Source: Tubulanus polymorphus (lineage: Eukaryota; Animalia; Nemertea). Taken from it: a stretch of 64,000 nucleotides of DNA. A model generated the notes under the pieces. That model was not told the origin of the DNA. It saw only the letters and a list, made by a program, of their open reading frames with translations, and made no database searches. This document shows, piece after piece, positions 11,820 through 23,576 of the stretch. A program made the translations under genes and the position numbers. The first letter of the stretch is position 1; each line of letters opens with the position of its first letter. Location: NCBI RefSeq assembly GCF_964204645.1, contig NC_134034.1:9250962-9314961 (forward strand), in the 5' to 3' direction.

Positions 11820-12659
11820 AACTATCGCCCCCTAGCTCTCTGAAGAGATAGGGAACCAGTCAAACTGGTCAATTCAATTCAGAATTTATTTAACAGAAAG
11901 GCAGTTTTAAGTTTTAGATAAGCTGAAATCGTATAAATGTCATACAAAGATTTTTTCAAGTGGCCGCTATTGCAAGCACCCAATGAAAGTATAGGAAAAT
12001 TAAAATAATATTTAAAAACGTGAAAGTAAGTGTTTTATTGTGCAATTTTAATTGTGTCAATAAAGAATGAATTGAATTGTCCATCAGCACTATGCCGCGC
12101 ATGAATACTAATGTCAAGAGTGATCACGCACGTTCAGCCAAGGATGGCGTGCGCTGTTGAAATAACAAAACCGATGAAATAAAATCATAGAAGAAAGAAA
12201 ACGACAGCCGATATAGCCAATATACGAAAGGATTTTCTTACTGCATTAAATGTGTGTAAATATCAGAGCCCAAGATAATTTCTAACGAAAGTTATCGACT
12301 CCCCAAGCATGTTATCAATCCGTGTGATAGCAATATGGGCTTGCAAGCTTGCAAGTCTGCACGCCCATGAAAATGATAATAATAAATATAGCCGCGAAGC
12401 AGGGCTCTAATGCGGGTCACTGAAGTATTTAGCCACTTTTTAGTCAATCATCTATACCGAGTTTCTGTAAGATGGTGAGATTTTTCATACATAGTCAGTT
12501 ATACAATTTATGATTTATGCGTACATTTTCAATTAAATTAAATCTCATTGAGCCCAAACTAGTTTTTGCCACACTCGAGTTTATTACAGTCACTATTTCG
12601 AGACACAGACCAATCCCCTTGAAATATCACCTGACTTTTCTTTTTATCCCTGTCGCAGA

Positions 12660-13013
12660 TGGTTAGTGACGCCATATCGTAACGATGGCAATATGACTCG
12701 AGCTCGTTGACGATTTAATTACTTGTTGTCCAGTAATAGAGCAGTCATAGAAAGAGCGTTTGGTAGAGTTAAAGGTCGATTTAGGCGTCTCCATTATGTC
12801 AATGTCCATTCCATTAAAAAAATTATTATGATCATCACCTCTGCATTTGTCTTGCATAATATCTGTTCAATGTCAGATGAAGATGATCTTGAAGATTTAC
12901 ATGACGTTGTTGACGATGGCCTGGAGGCAAATAATGGTGCCGAGATCATAGGTGCTGATCATGAAGGAGAACAGTATAGAAACGATTTAAGATTGCAATT
13001 GGTTGGAGAGTAG
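12660..13013 (+). pseudogene. Harbinger (HARBI1-like) transposase, last exon with an in-frame stop
   Basis: After a CAG acceptor: WLVTPYRNDG...*RFNYLLSSNRAVIERAFGRVKGRFRRL...VLHNIC. Confidence 0.85.
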
Positions 13014-14080
13014 TATATCTTCTACCTTGCATACAAAGTTTTAATGCATTTGTAACACTTAAGTCATTAAATTAGTATTCAAGTCATTTCTTTTTGTCCA
13101 ATTCAATTATTTGCACACAGGTGACACAGAAATTTGGTTTAGAGACTGAGGATGTTTGATGTATCAACTTTTATCAAAATGCGGCCTCGACTCCCTGCCC
13201 CATTAGAATTTCGCCAATTTTAGACTGCCTTAATAGCCACAATAACAACAATTGTTTTCATTATAATATACGAGGAGTTTAAAGCAATCAATTTCGAATT
13301 TATCATAACAGTGCATGCCTGGCTTTATGTGCAAAGTATACTATGCGTTGGAATTTTTGTGGCTATTAAAGTTTCTGCCAAATGTTTATCATTCAAACTT
13401 CTCGGTTAACCTTACACTGGATGCTGACCAGGGCCCCTAACTCCTTCCAAACCAAAAATGTTTTTCAAGGTCCTTGGATTTTGAAAATTTTAAGGTTTAA
13501 GGCCTAGTTGTTATACAAACAGATTCTACTGAATTAAATGGTTTACCTGGATAAACAGTACTGATTTAGGAGTCTTAAATTGTGATATGAAAGTGATGTA
13601 TACACTCCTCGAAAAGTCCTTGAATTCTGGAATGACTGATCCGTAGGAACCCTGCTGATTGGAAACTGTTTCTCTGTTCCATGCCGCCCACAATTTTACT
13701 AAAGAGAATGCCATGAAAGGTATTACAGCAAAGGAACAAAATGTTATTATAAACGTAAAATAAAATTTTTATTATGGAAATCCTCCATCATAAAATTATA
13801 AAAATATAAATGATAATATAATTTCCCCATTTTATCACGTAACCAAAATTTCCCTCATTTTTAGAACCGCTCCCCTTTCCGCAAATTCAAGCAGTATGTA
13901 ATAGGATTGTGAAATGGTATAGTACGAGATATACCGTACCATAAGTCATTTACAAATATTTTCAATCAATTCAGTGAAAACTGTAATGGACAACTGAAAA
14001 AAAACTTGAGGTAGTCAGACTTATGCGTACCTTTTATCATAAAACAGCATTTAAAATACTGTATTGAACAAGCTGGATCT

Positions 14081-15660
14081 TTACTTTTTTGAAATAGCAC
14101 TTACAAAATCTTTGAACAAAGACATTTTTTCATTATGCATTTGCATGGCCATGTCCTTGTCTATTTTACGTCGTTCCTCAGCTCTTTCTTCCATGGCCCC
14201 CAAATATTCAATTACTGTTGAAGCTGCTGATTTTTTTGACGTTCTACATTTATCCGATGGAGAGATTTCATCGAGCTTTCGTTTTTTAACAATAGGTGAT
14301 AATTCACTATCATCATCAGTAGATGAATCATGAAGAGGATTACTATCTCTACTACTGAAAGTAACTGGATTTATATTTGCCGATTTTACACCAAGAGCGT
14401 CATCCAGCTCATTTTCATACACATAATCTTTGACATAGCCTGAACCCGATTTATTTTTTGCATCTTTTACATTTTTATACCCTGTATTTATAGTTCTCCA
14501 TCTACCCCTTATTTGCTCAGCACTAAAATCAAAATCATCATTCTGCATTTCTTTTGCAATCTTCATCCACAACATGGACTTACGCATCTTCCCTTCATTT
14601 ACTTTATCAATATTTTTGCGATACAAATCGATCAACTTGAGGGTTGACTGTTTGGTCCATTTTCCACTTGCAGTACCAGCCTCGTCCACTATTACACTCC
14701 GAGTTTCGGAATCAGTTAGATTTTCAATTGACCCTGAAAAAATACCTAGTCTAATAACTTTGGAAGAATAAACCATCACATGTTTTTAAATACTTTGCAA
14801 CCAAATCCTTTCCCAATTTTAAAAAAATAATGTTTTGTTGATTTTCTGCAGTATTCCAATGTTAATGCTTCTTGACTTCCTTATTGCCAACTGCCAAATG
14901 AATCTACTAAAATATTAAATTTGGCCACGATGCCCCTGAAATATATGTTTAATATGCAGTTAGATAGAAAACATTCGAATATGATGCATATATACATACC
15001 TGAAGTTGATGCTTCTTTATTTTCAATATGAAATGCTACACCGGCATCTTGCGTTTCTCCTATAATTTAATCAAGGCGACAAATTTAAAACTGGAATTTT
15101 GACACGTACAACTTACAAAACCGTTCAAAAAGTGAAAACGGGCCTCTAGCCAGGTAGAGTGATTCTTTAAAAATATGCATACCGGTGCCACCCTGTGCAC
15201 AAAACGTATCATAATTTCGTAGCAGAGTTTTCAGAATACATGTATCTAAAAATATTACATAAACAAGAAATCAACATGTACTGACATGTATCAACATGTA
15301 CGAGATAATGAAGATTAGAGTTAACTACAAAACTCCATGAATTAAAAGTCATCTAAATATTTAAATCATTAGTTGAAAAAGGCAAGTCATGAATTAACCT
15401 AAATTACCATATTCATTGTGGCACAGTTAAGTCGACTTATTATGAAAAGTTACACTAAACACAAGTAACACTACGACACTGAATTGATTCTGCATTCATT
15501 CTAATGAGGTTCAGTATGCCGCCACAGCTTATCCCTTACCTCTTTGATGAATTATTCTATTATAGATATCATTTTCGACGACAAGTGTTATCGTCTGGCC
15601 ATTCCTCTCAATCGTTAAGGCTTTTGTTGAACCAAGGTTGTCCTGGCCAGAAGGTGCTCT
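14081..15660 (-). CDS. Myb/SANT-like DNA-binding protein of the Harbinger element (multi-exon; start uncertain)
   Basis: KWTKQSTLKLIDLY...LWMKIAKEM...FSAEQIRGRWRTI...YENELD; small upstream GT-AG exons near 15000-15060, 15183-15240 and 15540-15660; convergent with the transposase. Confidence 0.8.
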
Positions 15661-15786
15661 GTAAATATAAATTAATCCTACAAAATTAATTTAATTTTTT
15701 TAAGCTACTATTTAAAAAAAATTAAACCTTCGGCCTATAGATACATAACCCTATTTTTTTCCAATTGCCATGTTATAAAGAAGCAA

Positions 15787-16007
15787 GGTAAAAGTGCAGA
15801 TCCGCACCTCTCGTGATCGACGCAATCTACTGAATGACTGAATCCAGGCTAAAATCTTTCTAATGATGATATCTTAAAATTTACCAATAATAGCAATGTA
15901 CTGAATTGAATTGCTGATGTCTGATGACATTTTGAATCTGAAACAATGATATCTAATGTAATTGATTGAACCGTTTATGCAAAGCGGTGTGGATCTGCAC
16001 TTTTACC
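15787..16007. mobile_element. MITE
   Basis: 22-bp TIR: GGTAAAAGTGCAGATCCGCACC / GGTGTGGATCTGCACTTTTACC. Confidence 0.7.
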
Positions 16008-16839
16008 AGAAGAAACTTAGGCCTGCCCTTAGGAGGTTAAGTGATCTGTAAATGGAATACTGCTACTTTTTAATAAATAAAATTGCATTGGATTGAATTT
16101 GTTTGATTACAGGCTAAGTTGAAAAAACGTCGCCGATGGACGGATGAGGCGCATATATTATTGCGCGTCGGATGTCTATGATCAATAGAATGCAAACCTG
16201 GATAACAATATACAAATATGTCTTTTCCAACAAGAAAATAGAGAAGATAGGTAGAAAATAATAGGATTCATACCGCACTGTCACACGTTCGGTCGCCATG
16301 TTGGCTCCACACAAAATCCGAAACACACCACCTCGACAGAAAGGAGGTTTCGGAGACTCCAAAAAGTCACGTGACCAATAAAAGAGTACGATTGGAGGCA
16401 AACGGATTCTCCGATCTGATAAAAGAGTTCGCCCCAAGGTATGTATCAAATTACCTTGACAAAACAAAAGTCTGCAACTCCCAACGGGTCACGAGAACCG
16501 TAAAACCCAAAGGCTATTCAGACACACGCACAATGTAGTATCATATTATGACCAATGCCAAATTGATATGGCGAAAAAACAAAGATTCTTTGCGTCTGTG
16601 GCTTTCGTGATATCGATGCTTGCACGATGTAGAATCTGGTCAATTTAAAAAGAAAAAGTTGCGAAGAAAATTTCACACATTTTGATTTGAAATTAGAGAG
16701 CTTAGTGGCGCAGAAGGGACGTTTTTCATCAATACGTCAAATATTTTTCTTTACAACTTGTCGCGTGTGTTCGATACATTAGATGTCTGTCAGTTGTTAA
16801 AACGGATGACGAACTCCATCATTATTTGCGCAAGACGAA

Positions 16840-17823
16840 ATGAACGCCACACAGGCTGAACTTGTAGACGAGATAGACTATTCATACGCGTCCGGGTTTA
16901 TCGAACATTTTGCGCAGACGGCAACCGGTCAAAACTTGTGGTTCTTCGTGTATTACTTCGCGATCGGATTTCCACTAGGAATCACGGGTAATACTCTATC
17001 GCTGATCGTCATGTTAACGAAGCGCATGCGCAAGTATTCGTACGCGTCGTTTTTGGCCGCATTGGCGTTTTACGACAACCTCATGTGCTGTATCTATCTC
17101 ATCGCTTGGATCAACGCCATAATTTACATTCTCAATCGCGTCGTATATTTTCGTTTCACTTCGACCGCCGTTTGCTTTTTCATGGAGTACATTTACGATT
17201 TCGCTCTGAACGGCAGTATGTGGTGCGTGGTCGTCATCAGTATGGAGCGGTTCGTTATAGTATGTTTCCCGTTGAAAGGACGCCAGATTTGCACGTGTAA
17301 AACGGCTCGAATTCTGATGCTAGTTTTGCCCGTGTGCGTGTCCATATACTGCTATATTTCAAACATCATTCACGAATATCGACCGGGTTTCGGGTGTTTC
17401 ATAACCGCAGACGAGCGCCGTATCGATTATATCCAAGGATCGCTAGACTATATCATTCCCGGAGTATTAATCCTATGTTTTAACGTCGCTATTATAGTTA
17501 TGTCGACGCGAAGTAGAGGACTAGGAAGCGGTGGGGGTAAGGACGATAAAATCAGACGAATAACGGTAACTTTAGTGATTTTAGCCTTGGTGTTTTTAGC
17601 GTTCATGGCTCCGGTCGGCGTGATAGCGATGATGATAACGTTTTGGCCGTTAAAGATGGCCTATCTAGGCCCGGTGTTCAACACGGCAACGATCGTTATG
17701 CCGATCAATTTTATGGTGAATTTCTACATATATGTTTTAACAGGTTCGGAAATTCGGTTGGCGCTGCGTGACCTGTTCAATTTATCGAATTCTAAATCTG
17801 AATGTCTCCGGAAACCTCAGTGA
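16840..17823 (+). CDS. Intronless class A (rhodopsin-like) GPCR, peptide-receptor/chemoreceptor-like
   Basis: Seven hydrophobic segments; GN in TM1, LAxxD in TM2, MERF (DRY equivalent) followed by VCFPLK, and NFYIY (NPxxY equivalent). Confidence 0.92.
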   Translation: MNATQAELVDEIDYSYASGFIEHFAQTATGQNLWFFVYYFAIGFPLGITGNTLSLIVMLTKRMRKYSYASFLAALAFYDNLMCCIYLIAWINAIIYILNRVVYFRFTSTAVCFFMEYIYDFALNGSMWCVVVISMERFVIVCFPLKGRQICTCKTARILMLVLPVCVSIYCYISNIIHEYRPGFGCFITADERRIDYIQGSLDYIIPGVLILCFNVAIIVMSTRSRGLGSGGGKDDKIRRITVTLVILALVFLAFMAPVGVIAMMITFWPLKMAYLGPVFNTATIVMPINFMVNFYIYVLTGSEIRLALRDLFNLSNSKSECLRKPQ

Positions 17824-18239
17824 ATTTTCAATGTTTCTCGTTGACGTAAAATCACTCGCATTTTTCCTTGTCTGCGATGCTGCGAAAACGAATTATTTAT
17901 CTACATACCGGTAAGGCCAAAAAAGTTCACACCTTGTTTCTCATTTCTGGCTTGGTGAAAAAATCTTAGGCTTACAGACCCGTTAAATAAAAACTTGGTT
18001 TAAAAGAAGGAAAATAAAAGCCTTTCGGACGGGTATCGGCATTTCTTCCTGCCGTTTTTAACTTTATCGGGGTTTGAGCTTACCGGTATAGGTCACGAGT
18101 TTGGTTACAAAGTTGAAATGTTATCTCACGGCTGTTGAGCAGTGACGAGTAAACAATTGTCGTGTGTCGGATAAATTTGTTTGAAAAAATATATCAAATG
18201 TGGTGTTGTGCGTGAAATTGGACACATGCACACTAGATC

Positions 18240-18456
18240 CAAAGGCGGATCCAACCGGTGAATTTGACTATATTCCTCAAATTTATTGCTCAATGATAAG
18301 CCTGCTCATTAAAGGGAGGTATGGGGTTCCTCCCCAAGAAAAAATTGAAAAATGACTCCTTGTTTTTATTCTGGACCTGTCAGATCAAGTACTTCTAGAC
18401 AATACGTTTTTCCTACTATATTCTGGAATACAGTGGAATGATTGAATCCGCCCCTG
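18240..18456. mobile_element. MITE of the CAGGGGCGGAT TIR family with a 5-bp TSD
   Basis: AGATC|CAAAGGCGGATCCA...TGAATCCGCCCCTG|AGATC. Confidence 0.65.
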
Positions 18457-18959
18457 AGATCTCTCTGCCTTCGCGTCAATCAGTCAAGATATTCGAGGCA
18501 TGTTGAAGACTAAAATATGTTTTTTCACAATGTTTCCATTCAGTGAGAGTACATGTAAAGCGTAGTAATGATTTCTCGGTTTTGGTGTTCAATGAATGCC
18601 CACAAACATCTGTATGACATATTTTACTTGTAAAAGCTGGTTATCTCCGCTTTGAAGAAACTGAGAAATGTTGCTTCCAAAAAATTTTTATTAAAAAAAA
18701 ATATTGCATGCGTGGTAAATATTTCCAAAACTTCATGTTTTTTTTAAATGAATAGGAATAAAAACAATTGTTGCCGAGTCATTTACTGGGATTTTGAAAA
18801 TAAGAATAAGATATTATTTTTTGGCCTAATCAATATCGTGGTAGATATGTTAACTGGAAGATGGCTTTTTACATTTTACATTCTAAGCCACGAAAAGAAT
18901 CGATGGGTAGCTGACATACGGCAGAGAAACGAACATGATACATGTAAAATATCTAAACA

Positions 18960-19282
18960 CGGCCCCACGATCCCAGCTTCTCTATATTAGTTGAATCTAC
19001 CCTTGGCCCGACGATCCCAGCCTCTTTACGTTAGACGAATCTACCTCTGGCCCCACGATCCCCAAGTCTCTTTAAGTGAATCTACACACTGTCCGACTAT
19101 CTCAGCCTCTTTATATTAGGCTAATTTATATTTGGCCTCACGATACCCCAGCCTCTTTACATTAGGTTAATCTACCTTTGGCCCCACGATACCAGCCTCT
19201 TTATTTAGACAAATCTACCTTTGGCCCCACGATACCCCAGCCTCTTTAAATTAGGTGAATCTACACACAGCCCTACGATCCC
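18960..19282. repeat. Degenerate ~43-bp minisatellite, about 7 copies
   Basis: Variants of GGCCCCACGATCCCAGCCTCTTTATATTAGNTGAATCTACCTT. Confidence 0.8.
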
Positions 19283-19916
19283 AAAAACAGATGTTGCATC
19301 TTTTTGAGCTCCTAGATGCAGATGCTTATACGTGGATAGTGGAATTTTCAAAGGCAAAAATACTCCCCACTTGCAGACATTACATTTAGAGCGATAGCAT
19401 GTGCAGTTGCCGGTGTCATGGGACCAAATACCGTAGTGGAGACGAATGGCGGGGCTATCGAGATATCCGTGAATACCTTCCTTCCATGCGTTTGTTACAG
19501 TGGGGGCGGGAAGTTTATGATCATGTTTTCAGGTCAGCAGGTAATGTCTTCAAAGAATTTCACTCTCGCATTGATTAAAAAACTTGTCATTCGACACATA
19601 ATTGTGATAACAATAGTGGTATCATCGACTTAATATACGTGTACTTAGATATTGTTATCATTTGAATTTGGTATACGGTCCGTGTTCCGTTCCGCTCCGT
19701 TTCGTTCCATTCCGTTCCGGTAATTACAGTAAGCCTCCCCACGATGGGACGGCCTTTGAAGTGTTGCCCGCACACTGTAAGCAGCAAGCAGGATTCGACC
19801 CACTTGTCACTCAGCACTGATAGTTGATGCAACAGCAGGGCAGCATAACGTCTTATCTCACGCAACTACTGAATGTCCATTTCAACGATAAAAGTCTTCT
19901 TAGGACTTGGTTTGAG

Positions 19917-19952
19917 CAGGGAAGTGTGATGAGATCTCATCACACTTCCCTG
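19917..19952. repeat. Perfect 36-bp palindrome (mini-MITE)
   Basis: CAGGGAAGTGTGATGAGATCTCATCACACTTCCCTG; related to 45323-45348. Confidence 0.9.
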
Positions 19953-20113
19953 GAATACCTAAATATTTGTTTGTTCTCTTTGTTGTAAAACTAAAGATCT
20001 TTTGAGGTGTAAAAGAACAAATTGACGTGATAATTGCAATGCGGATGATAATGATACGATCACAACGCACTTAAGAGCTTATTATGAATTGTAACACAGT
20101 TTCGGCAGGGATT

Positions 20114-22929
20114 ACCTTTCGAATTTTTACGTGAGGGAACTGTTCTCGCCAAATCTGGTAAAACGTCGATGACTTGCAGAATTTTTCGGCCGAATCTTCT
20201 TTACATTTCTTATAAAGGCGCCAAACGTCAATCTTTCTACTTGCCTGGGGTAGCCAAGCTTCTTGTTTATGTGGAGCAAATTCTGCATTCATATTTAGAT
20301 ACTCTTCAAGCCAGGTAGCTGCTTCATTGTATCGTTGAGTATGACATCGTCCTAATTGTTTGTTTGACAATCCTTTTACAATTCTGTAGAAAGAATTTTT
20401 ATTCAGTCCATGAGCTAGAAGCCAAGCTTGCTGACAGACGTAATCCCCACTTATTATATATCTTGATGGATGTGAAGAATCTTTGTTTATATTCTTTACA
20501 CTATCTCGCACATATTGATTCCTATCTTTCTGCAGTCGACCCCAAAAATCCTCTCGTATTCTTCTGACACTTTCAATCGTAAATTTGTCGGTGCATCTCT
20601 GTCTAGAACAACATTTTTTGAAGGCCTTTGAAATAGCCGCTGCACTTGTCTTCTTAGCAACATTAGTTTCTCTGTACCTCCATTCACCTAAAGTGTAAAA
20701 CTGTTTTGTGAAACTTTTCCGCTAGATAGTTTGAATAAGTTATACTATATAATATACTTGTCCGAGAACACGTACATACCTCTATAGTATGTTTTCTTTA
20801 CTTGAGGGCTGATCATGCTGTTATTGAAATCCACTGCATTTTGAAAGGATATATTGTGTCCTCCCTCTTCCTGGTTCACTGTGTAATTTGTATGAATAGG
20901 ATAAGCGTTAACTCATAATTAAGAAGAAAAATATTAGAATGAAGTGAGTTGACTAATCGGTGATTCTTGCCTTCGATGATTAACGAGCTACATGATGAAT
21001 ATGCACTTTTGGTGTCGGAAACATCTTTTTCATATTCTGTTAAACCTAAATGACAAAAAGTTGGTTTTAGCTCGGAAAAACGAAATTGAAAATACCGACA
21101 TAAAAACCGTTAGGTTCCTGTTAGTATAGAATTCGCAATAACATTCTTACCATCGAGCGATGACAAACAGTGAAGGGAACTTAAATTCGTGTTTCCATCA
21201 AGGGATGAACAAGATGACTCTGGATCTGAATATCCGTCTTCACAAGTACATGTAAATTAAAATATTGAATGTACATTGAATCCCTATTGCAAAACTGTGA
21301 GAAATACGTGGGAAAATAGTCAATTCCATCGTCCAACGCAGTAAATACTTTGTTTATGCTTCAATTTGTTTAACTTAGCAGACTTTTCGGGGATAGAGGA
21401 AGACACTACAGATAAAGTACTAACCGGATAGTTTATCTTTCTTTTTTGGAGTACTTGCAACAATTCTTTTCGATGTCGTTTTGCTGAAGCCTACCGGATT
21501 ACAACAAGATAACTTCAATACTGTATAGGTTAATACGCATCGAACAAAAATGAAGAGGCATTGATAAGAAATCAATTAAACTACCTGGTATATTTTCTAC
21601 TGGGCCTGTTTCAAAATCATAAATACTGTAGGTTTCTTCTATGGAAATTAAGAAAGTTTTTGTTTTAAACATAAGTATGAAAATTAAGAGAAGTATGAGA
21701 AAATACAGAGATTTCAAAAACCCACCATTAAAACTGGGTTGGTACGAGGATTCGTCATTGACATCGTCAACTAAATGTATATGATTTAATATATAACGGT
21801 TTTAAATCGTATGGACATAAAAAAACAATTCATTCAGTCACTGATAGTCTATTTTACCTGTAAAGCTAGGTTCGTATATCGACTTATCTTCACTTGCTGA
21901 TAACAGCCTGTCAGCTATTTAAAACATAATTTGGTCAATTATGGCACAAGACCAGCTATAAAAAGACTGAAGAATCACAAAGTAGGCCTACGGGTAATCG
22001 TTGGTTCAGAAATGTGTAACCGAACAAAACTTACTATTTGAATGGAAGCTCGAATGATATATCGATTCGTCGTGATTAGCAGTGAATAACGGAGCCGGGT
22101 CTGCTTAAATATGAATAAATAGAATTCCTTCGTGTATTTCATAGCCTTTGAAAGAAGTATCAGTTACTAGCAAAGAGACCGTTCTGGGCGGGTTTAATCA
22201 TAATTGAGTTTGAGTTGATTATTTTGCATTTCGTGTCGAGAACAACGGGTATTTTTCATCTTAAAAATTGGTCCCGCTTATTCATCGAACTCGGATTACA
22301 TGTGCCCGTTGAGACCGGGTCTTTTACAGGTGTTTATACACCGGTCCTTCACCAACTAAATATGTCCCGTGCCCGGTGGAGGCCGCCTGTAGCAAAACTG
22401 TAGCAAAAGATATGCAGCATTAGTGAGACAAATATATTCCCTACGCTACTGCGATTTTTGCTTGAGTTATAAGTCATTGAGGTTGTAGGTAAAAATCCCC
22501 TGAGTATTTGTTTGACAAAATAGCCTTTGGATATTTCAAACAGTGCAAATAATCGCTAAGACAGATCATTATGTTAAACCAATGAATACAGTAATCTCTC
22601 CCTGCAGAGAAGGCAGGTCAGCCACGTGTCTGTAGGCAAGCAGCTGGATGTAGCGGGCAACTGTTTATTTTGCTCAGAGCACGCAGTGACGTCACACAGA
22701 GTGACCAAAATTAAATGGTCCAAAAATCTACCTAAACTTTATCGTATCCACACACAATCGATTCTTAAACTTACACGCGGTCAGTGCCTTTCATTTGGTA
22801 CGAAAAAACCTGTTAATCCAAAGCACACAGACCGTGCCAATCCGTGACAAAGTTTCGGCGTTTGTCTCCTATAGAAAAGATTAACTGTGATAATTATGAG
22901 ATGGACGTTATTAACCTATACTTACCCAT
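20114..22929 (-). CDS. Multi-exon gene for the N-terminal part of a Sola/DUF7869-like transposase; 3' part not found
   Basis: Candidate first exon ATG G|GTAAGT at 22929, then several phase-1 micro-exons. Open exon 20114-20688 reads KCCSRQRCTDKF...IREDFW...RNQYV...VCQQAWLLAHGL...WLPQ..RKIDVWRLY...STFYQIWREQFPHVKIRK|gt. Confidence 0.65.
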
Positions 22930-23576
22930 TTTGAAGTATTTTCTATTTTACTCGAAATAAGTGGTTGTTTTACTGATATAGAAAAGCATTGTGTACTGTA
23001 TTTCATACGACACTGGTTGCAAAAGGTTCCGTTGAAAAACTAGTTTTCCATACGTTTTATGATAAAATGGACACCTTGAATATAATATCCAAGTTCGCTA
23101 CGTTAAACCTTTGAATGACTAACCAACATAAAGTTTAACAATTAGCAACATAGATGCTTGAAGGGATTTTAGATTGTAATGTGCTCAAAACATTATAAAA
23201 ACAGCAGATGTTCTGCCAAAATGTTTCTCTTAACTTAAGGCACATTTTCGACCACTCATGTCTCGGTTCTTTGGCATGTGCTTTTGCAATATTCACAATT
23301 GTTTGTTCACATCGTGTCAAAATGCATTAACGATTAATTGTTTACTTCGTGTCATTTTGATATGTTTAACGAGCAATTAACTCAATGTTTAACTAACTAT
23401 GCATTAAATCTGCTCATCGTCATATTCATCAATAATTGAACTGCACTACTAATTAAGAGGCCCTTTATTCAATCGTAAATTCGGGTTTTGCCAATAGTGG
23501 ATATAAATGAGCGAGTTCAAGTAACACATTTTAACAGAAACCGTTTGCCTGAATCGGATATTTCGATATTTTTGAA

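Noticed and set aside
19300-19500. Cys-containing minus-strand open frame (AWKEGIHGYLDSPAIRLHYGIWSHDTGNCTCYRSKCNVCKW)
   Set aside because: No clear splice context or recognisable family, so it cannot be linked to the transposase-like gene.
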